Made by a program: the position numbers and the translations under genes. Shown here piece by piece: positions 28,584 to 36,214 of a stretch of 48,063 nt of DNA (the stretch's first letter is position 1; each line of letters begins with the position of its first letter). This DNA comes from Anaerolineae bacterium (GTDB lineage: Bacteria > Chloroflexota > Anaerolineae > Anaerolineales > UBA11858), in NCBI GenBank assembly GCA_011176615.1, contig DUEG01000004.1, positions 1-48,063 of the forward strand. Reading direction: 5' to 3'. Under the pieces are notes generated by a model. That model searched no databases. It had not been told where the DNA came from and saw only the letters and a program-made list of their open reading frames with translations.

Positions 28584-28970
28584 TGTATTCTCCCAACCAT
28601 TAAGTAATTCTATTAAGAATAAATGAACCCCATATAATTGTTACAAAGAGGTTTTATTAACAAACCAATTCTACCAATTAAAGAGAATGAGGGAATGAGC
28701 AAATCGTTCACAGCCCTTAACGAATCATCTATAGATTGACCAAAATAATATTCTTTCAAGAGGAACATAGGACCGGCGTCCTGGATGGTGGCACTTTTCG
28801 ATGAGGTTATCCTCAACGCCGCTACAGAAAATCCCACATAAACAAAACAATTTGTCTTCGTAGCGACCCCCGATCCCTACAGATATTTTAGCATAAATTA
28901 TATATTTTCATCATCACAAACCAGAAATAAATTGTATAATTCATTTTTAGATCAAATTCTGGAGACATCA

Positions 28971-29696
28971 ATGAAAACATCGAAACATTATCAATATTTC
29001 ATCATCACTGCCTTATTTATCTTTTCCTTGCTAAGTTCGTCATGTTCACCTCGGTTAGAATCTGAGCGTATAACCGAACCTCCAGCATCTACTGAAAAAC
29101 CTCTTGCTTCACCAATTGTGTCGATTCACACATTCACGCCTACAGCGACGCATACACCAACCCAAACGGTATCGCCTTCCCCAACCTTTACACCTGTTCC
29201 AACTCATACGACAACTCCATCAGCAACACCGTCTCACACTCCGACAGATACACTAACTCCAACAATGAGCGGATATATTCCGTCAAACTCGATTTTCATT
29301 TATTTTATCCATCCCAACACAGGTGGGCCAGTTGGTTGTGGAGATAGTTTGGTACCATTAACAATCGGTCATACTCGCTCAGACGATGTCATTCAAGACT
29401 TGACTATCGCACTAAATGCATTATTCTCTGCTGGTCAATATTCAGGTGCTTTGATAAATGTAACTTATATATCGAATTTACATGTAGACAATATCGACTT
29501 CGATAAATATTCTGGTGTTGCAGGTATCTATATGAGCGGTTCATTCACGAAACCAGATAATAATTGCGACAAGAGCCGTTATAGAGCACAAGTATGGTCA
29601 ACTGCCAAACAATTCCCTGAAGTCAAGCGTGCAGTGATCTTCGTTGGCAATAAATTACTGGGAGATCTACTTGTTGCCTCCTCAAAAGACAAATAA
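28971..29696 (+). CDS. Secreted protein or possible lipoprotein with a Thr/Pro-rich linker and a GerMN-like C-terminal domain
   Basis: I prefer the ATG at 28971 with GGAG 6 nt upstream, because the ORF-track TTG at 28932 has no RBS. Signal-like helix ending LLSSSC, then a T/P-rich stretch, then IYFIHPNTGGPVGCGDSLVPL, typical of GerMN-type domains. Confidence 0.6.
   Translation: MKTSKHYQYFIITALFIFSLLSSSCSPRLESERITEPPASTEKPLASPIVSIHTFTPTATHTPTQTVSPSPTFTPVPTHTTTPSATPSHTPTDTLTPTMSGYIPSNSIFIYFIHPNTGGPVGCGDSLVPLTIGHTRSDDVIQDLTIALNALFSAGQYSGALINVTYISNLHVDNIDFDKYSGVAGIYMSGSFTKPDNNCDKSRYRAQVWSTAKQFPEVKRAVIFVGNKLLGDLLVASSKDK
29130..29264 (+). repeat. Low-complexity Thr/Pro-rich coding repeat (linker)
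   Basis: Encodes TFTPTATHTPTQTVSPSPTFTPVPTHTTTPSATPSHTPTDTLTPT. The underlying DNA is an imperfect ACN/CCN repeat. Confidence 0.8.
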
Positions 29697-29792
29697 CTTT
29701 TATACTAGGCAGCATGATAAATACATTAATGCTTTTTAATCTACAGAGAGTATAATTAATATCACCAAGACATTTTTATGGAGATAAACAAA

Positions 29793-31169
29793 ATGAGTAA
29801 TCCTCAAGAAGCTGCCATTCAATACCTTCATGCTAATCATGACAAGTTCGTAGAAGAATTAACGGAATTTTCAAAAATTCCCTCTATTTCAACCGATCCA
29901 AAATATAAAGAGGATATGAAAAAAACTGCGGACTGGGTTGCCAATCAATTCCGTGAACTCCACTTTAGCAATGTGAAAATATTTCCAACAGACGGACATC
30001 CTGTTGTATACGGTGAATATTTAAACGCAGGTAAGCAAGCGCCAACGGCTCTCATTTATGGGCACTATGACGTTCAACCTGCCGAACCCATTGACAAATG
30101 GGATTCACCCCCTTTCGAGCCTGTAGTTCGTGGTGAGAATATCTATGCCAGAGGTGTCACCGATATGAAAGGTCAGGTTCTGGCAACTATCAAAGCGGTC
30201 AAAGCGATTATTAAAACTGGTGATATGCCAGTGAACGTCAAATTCATGATTGAAGGGGAAGAGGAGATTGGATCGCCCAATTTAGCAAAATTCATCAAAG
30301 ACCATAAAGATATGCTTGCTTGCGATTTCGCTTTAAATCCTGATACTGGTATGATCGCTCCTAATGTTCCTACGATAACCTACGCACTTCGTGGTTTAGC
30401 ATATTTCGAACTTAAGATTTATGGCCCAGCATTAGATCTGCATTCTGGTGTTTATGGTGGCGTCGTTCATAATCCGGCTCAAGCGCTTGCAGAATTAATC
30501 GCTGGAATGCATGACAATAATGGAAAAGTAACACTTCCGGGTTTCTATGACAGCGTTCGCCCCCTTGATCCTGAAGAGCGAGAAGAACTATCCAGATCGC
30601 CAATGGATGAGAATTTCTATTTAGAGCGAACTGGTGTAAAGAAACTTTGGGGAGAAAAAGAATATACACCTGTAGAGCGAACAGGTGCGCGTCCAACATT
30701 GGAAATTAATGGAATGTTCTCAGGTTTCATTGGCAAGGGCTCCAAAACGGTTTTGCCTGCATTTGCAATGGCAAAAATATCCTGCCGCCTGGTACCTGAC
30801 CAACACCCAGATGAGGTTCATAACCAATTAATCGCCTACCTTAAACAAAATGCACCTGATACCATTCGGTGGGAAGTATCTGTGCTTACGGGTGGTGAGC
30901 CGTCCCTCAGCAATCGAAATTCCAAATGGGTGAAAGCATATCTTAAAGCAGCAGAAACTTCGTGGGGAACACGCCCTATATTCAAACGCGAGGGAGGCAG
31001 TGTTCCTGTTGTTTCGGATTTTCAAAAGATTCTCAACGTTGACTCAGTTAACATTGGCTTCGCAACACCTGATGATAACATGCATGGACCTAATGAAAAG
31101 TTACACCTTCCTACATGGTTCCATGGAATGGATGCATTAGTCCATTTCTTTTACAATTTATCAGAGTAA
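29793..31169 (+). CDS. M20-family metallopeptidase (dipeptidase-like)
   Basis: Motifs YGHYDVQPA, ARGVTDMKG and EGEEEIGSP. I prefer the ATG at 29793 (GGAG 9 nt upstream) over 29778. Confidence 0.85.
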   Translation: MSNPQEAAIQYLHANHDKFVEELTEFSKIPSISTDPKYKEDMKKTADWVANQFRELHFSNVKIFPTDGHPVVYGEYLNAGKQAPTALIYGHYDVQPAEPIDKWDSPPFEPVVRGENIYARGVTDMKGQVLATIKAVKAIIKTGDMPVNVKFMIEGEEEIGSPNLAKFIKDHKDMLACDFALNPDTGMIAPNVPTITYALRGLAYFELKIYGPALDLHSGVYGGVVHNPAQALAELIAGMHDNNGKVTLPGFYDSVRPLDPEEREELSRSPMDENFYLERTGVKKLWGEKEYTPVERTGARPTLEINGMFSGFIGKGSKTVLPAFAMAKISCRLVPDQHPDEVHNQLIAYLKQNAPDTIRWEVSVLTGGEPSLSNRNSKWVKAYLKAAETSWGTRPIFKREGGSVPVVSDFQKILNVDSVNIGFATPDDNMHGPNEKLHLPTWFHGMDALVHFFYNLSE

Positions 31170-31186
31170 ATTTACGGGAGTAAAAT

Positions 31187-32071
31187 ATGGGTGTAAAAAT
31201 GCCATCCTACGGTGGACAAGCAGTAATCGAAGGCGTTATGATGCGGGGATCACATGCTGTCGCAATTGCTATGCGTGCCCCTGATCATTCAATCATCATT
31301 CACAAAGAAAAACTTGGGGCGCTCTATCGGAGTTGGTTTACTAAAGTCCCATTCTTGCGGGGATTAATCCTACTTTGGGATGCTATCGGATTAGGAATGA
31401 GAGCATTAACAATATCTGCAAACCTTCAAACAGGTGAAGAAGAAAAACTTGAAGGGCCTATGTTATACCTTACCTATGGTTTCTCGTTAATTATTGGGGT
31501 CGGCTTTTTCTTCCTTATTCCAGCAGCGATTGGACAATTTGGTGAACATTTATTTGAATGGAGCGCCTGGGTGAGCAATCTAATTGAGGGGTTGATACGC
31601 TTAGTCTTATTGGTTGGGTATATATGGGTCATTGGCTTATTACCGGATATTTCTCGGGTGTTTGCCTACCATGGCGCAGAACATAAAACCATCAATGCCT
31701 TCGAAGCAGGAGAGGAAATGATACCTGAAAAGGTTGCAAAACACTCCCGTGAACACCCTCGGTGTGGAACAGCCTTCCTTTTGGACGTTGTAATCATTTC
31801 GATTTTGCTCTTTTCATTTTTAGGCCCACTACCTCTTCTATGGCGGTTGTTAACCCGTATTCTTTTAATTCCCTTAATAGCCGGGATTGCATATGAATAC
31901 TTAAAATGGACAGCGAATAACATACAAAACCCCTTAGTTAGACTAATTATCAAACCCAATCTGGCGCTTCAGAGATTGACAACCAGAGAACCTTCATTAG
32001 AAATCCTTGAGGTTGGTATTGCAGCCTTTAATGCAATGAAAAAAGAAGAAGAGCAAGTTCTTCCTCTGTAA
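31187..32071 (+). CDS. DUF1385 (YqhQ-like) membrane protein
   Basis: N-terminus YGGQAVIEGVMMRG, plus AYHGAEHK and EHPRCGT, hallmarks of DUF1385. GGGAG RBS upstream. Confidence 0.8.
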   Translation: MGVKMPSYGGQAVIEGVMMRGSHAVAIAMRAPDHSIIIHKEKLGALYRSWFTKVPFLRGLILLWDAIGLGMRALTISANLQTGEEEKLEGPMLYLTYGFSLIIGVGFFFLIPAAIGQFGEHLFEWSAWVSNLIEGLIRLVLLVGYIWVIGLLPDISRVFAYHGAEHKTINAFEAGEEMIPEKVAKHSREHPRCGTAFLLDVVIISILLFSFLGPLPLLWRLLTRILLIPLIAGIAYEYLKWTANNIQNPLVRLIIKPNLALQRLTTREPSLEILEVGIAAFNAMKKEEEQVLPL

Positions 32072-32089
32072 AAACAGACGCCTCATTAA

Positions 32090-32130
32090 ATCCCAGCGAT
32101 GAAAATGTTGCCATCACTGGGATTTGTTTT
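32090..32130 (+). terminator. Hairpin plus T-tract after the DUF1385 gene
   Basis: 12-bp stem with one mismatch (atcccagcgatg / catcactgggat) followed by ttgtttt. It ends 6 nt before the next ATG. Confidence 0.5.
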
Positions 32131-32136
32131 CCCATC

Positions 32137-33027
32137 ATGAAAAATTCAAAACGTAAAAATACATCCTGTTTTTTATTTGGAATTATCACGTTTCTTGGAC
32201 TGGTAGGTCTTGTTATAGGTTGGTTTTGGTTGACCAATTCACCTCAACCTTCTCCACTCGAAAAAACTCTATTCCGGGGAGTGATTTATGAAAGAGATAT
32301 TAGAACACAACCGCGTCCAATGGTTATCCATATTCTAACAATTGATCTTAAAGAACAAGGGATTAAATTCTTAGTAACCCCTGGTGATCCAGAAGCCGAT
32401 TTGCCTCTTTCAGCACGTACGACCTCCAAGTTTCTCAATAGTTTTAATCTGCAAATCGCCGTAAATGGCGATGGTTTTACACCGTGGCATTCGAATACAA
32501 TCATCGATTATTATCCCCACAAAGGAGATCCAATTGATGTGATCGGTTTTGCATCATCAAAAGGGGTGGTTTATTCAGAAGATACCGACAACGAGCCCAC
32601 ATTATTTATCTCACCAACAAATCAAGCGCGAATCAACACCCAAATAGGAAAAATCTATAATGCAATTTCAGGAAATCTTCAAATTGTTAAAAACGGACGA
32701 GTAATTCCAGGTCTTAGCCAAGTCCCTGAGCCACGTACAGTAATCGCTTTAGACCGCGCAAATAGACATTTGATCATCATTGTGGTTGATGGTAGGCAAC
32801 CTGGTTACAGTGATGGCGCAACGCTAAAGGAACTTGCTCAAATTGTGATCGAAAAAAGGGGATATAACGCAATAAATATGGACGGTGGAGGATCTACCAC
32901 ATTAGTTATGGAAGATAAGCTTGGTATTCCCAAATTGCTCAACCGACCTATCAATCAAAGAATTCCAAATAACCAGAGACCCGTTGGCAATCACTTAGGG
33001 ATTTATGCAAAATCACTCAATGATTAA
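32137..33027 (+). CDS. Phosphodiester glycosidase family (DUF2233) protein with an N-terminal TM anchor
   Basis: 296 aa with an N-terminal hydrophobic helix, plus NGDGF, IALDRANRHLIIIVVDGRQ and AINMDGGGSTTL. Confidence 0.75.
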   Translation: MKNSKRKNTSCFLFGIITFLGLVGLVIGWFWLTNSPQPSPLEKTLFRGVIYERDIRTQPRPMVIHILTIDLKEQGIKFLVTPGDPEADLPLSARTTSKFLNSFNLQIAVNGDGFTPWHSNTIIDYYPHKGDPIDVIGFASSKGVVYSEDTDNEPTLFISPTNQARINTQIGKIYNAISGNLQIVKNGRVIPGLSQVPEPRTVIALDRANRHLIIIVVDGRQPGYSDGATLKELAQIVIEKRGYNAINMDGGGSTTLVMEDKLGIPKLLNRPINQRIPNNQRPVGNHLGIYAKSLND

Positions 33028-33443
33028 TCGCCAATAACCTGAACAATTAACTTTCTGCGACGTGGTCTTATATCGAAATCCACAAATATTATTTGCTGCC
33101 ACGTCCCAAGCGTCAATCGTCCATCCACAACAGGGACCGTGAAGGATGGTCCTAATAACGCAGCACGGACATGACTATGCCCGTTTCCATCTCCCCATCG
33201 AGCGTTATGAGCATATTCTCGGGTGGGATCAATAATCTCATCAAAAAGTCGTTTTAGATCTTTCAAACAACCGTTTTCATATTCAATTGTTGTAATCGCA
33301 CTCGTCGCTGAAGGAGAAAATACATTTGCAATTCCATTAGAAATTCCCGTTTGCAAAACAGCCTCAATCACATCGTTTGTAATATCTAAAATATCTGTAT
33401 TACCTCTGGTTTCCACATGAACAGTCACCGTCTTTACCGTCAT
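33024..33443 (-). CDS. yjbQ: YjbQ/UPF0047 family protein (secondary thiamine-phosphate synthase-like)
   Basis: Motifs TSA.TTIEYENG, NA.WGDGNGHSH.RA and G.W.QIIFVDFD. I chose the ATG at 33443 (GGAGG 6 nt upstream). The ORF track starts at 33473. Its stop codon overlaps the convergent DUF2233 stop. Confidence 0.85.
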   Translation of the reverse strand: MTVKTVTVHVETRGNTDILDITNDVIEAVLQTGISNGIANVFSPSATSAITTIEYENGCLKDLKRLFDEIIDPTREYAHNARWGDGNGHSHVRAALLGPSFTVPVVDGRLTLGTWQQIIFVDFDIRPRRRKLIVQVIGD

Positions 33444-33554
33444 TTTCGAACCTCCTATAAAACACAGATCCACTAACGTTAATCTACCTTCAAAATAAAG
33501 AATTTAAACAACGTCACAAAACAACCGCAGAATTAATTTAATATTGCGCTTCTC

Positions 33555-34757
33555 TTAATAACTTCCAACCAAGGGCACAGGAGTAAAAACCAATACAAAT
33601 ATAATCAAACCAAGGATAGCAATTGCCCTTCGCTTCGAATCCAATTGGGTAATTTGGTCAAGAGGTTCTGCATAACTTCTGCCCAAAAAGAAAATAAGAA
33701 ATGCCCATAACCACCAACCAGACCAAACAAACCCCAACAACAATAACAACCCTAAAATGACCGGAAATAATCTTTTTGCTTTTTCCCCAAGCAATACATA
33801 AATCAGGTGACCCCCGTCTAGTTGACCAGCGGGAATCAAATTTAATGCGGTCACAAGCAAGCCCGCCCATCCAGCCCATGCTACTGGGTTAAGTAACACA
33901 TCTCTTCCACCGCTTGGCAATGGCATCCCTGTAAAGAAATATCGGATCCAATAAATAAATGGAGATAAGTTTCCAAACGTATTGGGAGAGGGTAAAAGTT
34001 CTCCATGAATCAAATACTTTAAAAACAAATATAATATCGAATTTCCCTCAAATACTTGACCTGGTGGTAAAACTTTTGGTAACTGCCCCACATCGGATAA
34101 ATATAATCCGTAAATCAAGACTGGAATTGCAACCACCAATCCTGATAATGGACCAGCCACACCAATATCATGCAGGATTTTTTTATTCCTTGGCGGTTCC
34201 TTGAGTTGAATGAATGCTCCCATTGTTCCAAATGGACTGAGAGGAAAAGGGATGAAATATGGTAATGTAACAGATGTTTTATGGTACCTAGCAGCCAAAT
34301 AATGGCCAAATTCGTGTGCCAAAAGTATAGCCAACATACTTATTGCAAAAGGCCATCCGCTCGCCATGTTGCGTAGAATGGAGATTACCAATTCCTTTAT
34401 GTTATCAGTTGAGGGCCCTTGATAAGCATATAACGCCCCAGCCAACAAAACACTTAATAATGTCAATATAAAAAGAAGTAGATTAACGAGAGGGTTTGAT
34501 CGTTTGGGTTCAATAATTCCATCGATTAAAATAACAACATGAGAGTCCCCATCCAGCCTGAATAATGGTGTAATTTTCAAAGGTTTCAACAAAGTTGAGA
34601 TTTGCTCATACGCTTCTTCAGAATCCAATATCAACTGTCCCCGATAACGCACAATGAATTTTTGCTTACTACTTCCCCAAGTAATATCTGCTATGCGCAT
34701 AATCCGATTTACATAACTTGTAAGATGTTCTTCTTGGGTTTTGTTTTGTAGAACCAT
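33555..34757 (-). CDS. Site-2 protease family (M50) membrane metalloprotease
   Basis: 400 aa and polytopic. HExxH motif AHEFGHYLAAR, and a later NLIPAGQLDGGH. Confidence 0.85.
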   Translation of the reverse strand: MVLQNKTQEEHLTSYVNRIMRIADITWGSSKQKFIVRYRGQLILDSEEAYEQISTLLKPLKITPLFRLDGDSHVVILIDGIIEPKRSNPLVNLLLFILTLLSVLLAGALYAYQGPSTDNIKELVISILRNMASGWPFAISMLAILLAHEFGHYLAARYHKTSVTLPYFIPFPLSPFGTMGAFIQLKEPPRNKKILHDIGVAGPLSGLVVAIPVLIYGLYLSDVGQLPKVLPPGQVFEGNSILYLFLKYLIHGELLPSPNTFGNLSPFIYWIRYFFTGMPLPSGGRDVLLNPVAWAGWAGLLVTALNLIPAGQLDGGHLIYVLLGEKAKRLFPVILGLLLLLGFVWSGWWLWAFLIFFLGRSYAEPLDQITQLDSKRRAIAILGLIIFVLVFTPVPLVGSY

Positions 34758-34976
34758 ATATTTCCTTATTAAAAGTACTCTTTTCTATAAGGGTTAGCGT
34801 GTATAGGATGCTCGCCTACCGTAGTTTATAACATAACCTGTTATTAAATTTAAAGACCGATGAGTTCACCCTAACCCGACCGCTCTCGGTATCTCAAACT
34901 AATTTATCTTATGGATTATATCCTCACGTACCAATGATGTAAAGAAAATATTAAGTCAACCATTAATTTCCTTCCC

Positions 34977-35357
34977 ATGGCTCTCCCCACCTGCGAACAA
35001 TTGATTAGAAATCTTTTGTTAATAAAAACACCCAAAACAAGTGTTTTTTATAGATACAAACCTATTGGATCCCCTGGACAGCCTTTGTTCTCCCTAAGCC
35101 CAGACAAAATGTTTGACGCCGCATATTCAAAAGGGAGAAAGCAAATGACCCGGCAAGAAATGATTACCTTTCATGGTAGTACCTGGTATCCAGATTACAA
35201 ACTAGCCAAACAATTCCTTGCCGATCAACGCGGATTCATTATTACCGATACCACATTACAAACCTCTCAAAAAGATGTTTATGCCGTCGTAGACATTCGA
35301 GCAGGCGCAATAGCACAGGTTTCATCTGCTGCTGGTGAGGAAGCAACAGCGGTTTAA
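34977..35357 (+). CDS. Hypothetical protein (start uncertain)
   Basis: 126-aa ORF with no recognisable family and no RBS at 34977. An internal ATG at 35145 has AAGGGAG 7 nt upstream and would give about 70 aa. Confidence 0.35.
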   Translation: MALPTCEQLIRNLLLIKTPKTSVFYRYKPIGSPGQPLFSLSPDKMFDAAYSKGRKQMTRQEMITFHGSTWYPDYKLAKQFLADQRGFIITDTTLQTSQKDVYAVVDIRAGAIAQVSSAAGEEATAV

Positions 35358-35396
35358 ATAATTAGTCATTATCTACAATCTATTCAAGGTAATAAC

Positions 35397-35738
35397 ATGG
35401 AAATTCCAGCAATTACAACATATCAAATGCGCGAAGTCGACCGATTAATGATTGATGAATTTCATATTAATTTAATACAAATGATGGAAAATGCCGGACG
35501 GAACTTGGCTGACCTTGCAAAAGATCGGTTTTTAGATCATAACCCTTTAGGTAAATCTGTACACATACTTGTGGGCAGTGGAGGCAATGGTGGTGGAGGA
35601 ATGGTAGCAGCGAGGTTGTTACATAATTGGGGCGCGAAGATAAACGTGTACCTCACTCATAATCATTCTCATTTCGATGGAATACCAGCACAGCAATTAA
35701 AAATCTTAAATTCAATAATTCAAATAATATCCGATTAA
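35397..35738 (+). CDS. YjeF_N (NAD(P)H-hydrate epimerase) domain protein, apparently C-terminally truncated
   Basis: REVD......LMENAG and the glycine loop VGSGGNGGGGMVAARLL match YjeF_N. The ORF stops after 113 aa, about half a normal domain, and is followed by a terminator. Confidence 0.6.
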   Translation: MEIPAITTYQMREVDRLMIDEFHINLIQMMENAGRNLADLAKDRFLDHNPLGKSVHILVGSGGNGGGGMVAARLLHNWGAKINVYLTHNHSHFDGIPAQQLKILNSIIQIISD

Positions 35739-35751
35739 CTAAATGAAAAAC

Positions 35752-35776
35752 GCTCCCGTGTTTGGGAGCATTTTTT
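35752..35776. terminator. Bidirectional intrinsic terminator between convergent genes
   Basis: 6-bp stem gctccc / gggagc with a 6-nt loop, flanked by an A-tract upstream and ATTTTTT downstream. Confidence 0.6.
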
Positions 35777-36065
35777 ATTCTTCTTTCGCATCAACCTTTT
35801 TCTTGGGGTTAGGTTCACTTACTTTATTATGTGAACTCTCTACCTTCTCGGTTTTCTTATGCTTATAAGATTGTGTACCAGAAGGGGATCGATTGTCCGT
35901 TGAGTAAAAACCAGAACCTTTGAAAACGATCCCAACGGGTAGATATACCTTTCTTAAAGATTTATGCTTACACTCAGGGCATATTTTCAAAGGGGGGTCA
36001 CTAAATTTTTGTTGACGTTCAAATTGAATTCCACAATTTTCACACCGATATGTATAGATTGGCAT
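35775..36065 (-). CDS. FmdB-family putative regulatory zinc-ribbon protein
   Basis: N-terminus MPIYTYRCENCG..FE......D....CPEC, the CxxC_CxxC_SSSS signature. Lys-rich tail. Confidence 0.8.
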   Translation of the reverse strand: MPIYTYRCENCGIQFERQQKFSDPPLKICPECKHKSLRKVYLPVGIVFKGSGFYSTDNRSPSGTQSYKHKKTEKVESSHNKVSEPNPKKKVDAKEE

Positions 36066-36214
36066 AGGTCTTTCTTCTTACAACATAATATCTTTGATAG
36101 GTTACCATTAATTAATTTCAATTAACATTATAGCGCGCTTAATTCCAACCTGCAAGGGAAATATACCTGATAGACATCTACAAGATAGTTCCCCAATACA
36201 CCTGTGTTCGATGA

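Noticed and set aside
28760-28830. Resemblance of ACCGGCGUCCUGGAU (plus strand) to the 3' pseudoknot segment (CCGGGCGCCUGGGC) of ZTP/pfl riboswitches
   Set aside because: The 5' sub-domain consensus is absent upstream. The plus-strand downstream gene (a GerMN-like lipoprotein) is not a ZTP-regulon gene. The match is short and imperfect.
28613-28837. 74-aa minus-strand ORF in the ssnA-like leader
   Set aside because: It has a GTG start, no Shine-Dalgarno sequence and no recognisable motif. I treat it as non-coding leader (see the finding on 27210-28931).
29130-29264. Repetitive ACN/CCN DNA, considered as a possible CRISPR, tandem-repeat or contingency locus (also at 36218-36465)
   Set aside because: The repeats are imperfect, in frame and encode T/P linkers within well-supported ORFs. 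There is no repeat-spacer periodicity and no cas genes.
34791-34877. Imperfect 11-bp long-range inverted repeat (gggttagcgtg ... caccctaaccc) in the divergent M50/hypothetical intergenic region
   Set aside because: It is a single stem with a mismatch enclosing about 66 nt, with no further recognisable structure. It could equally be an operator or chance. It cannot be evaluated without comparative data.
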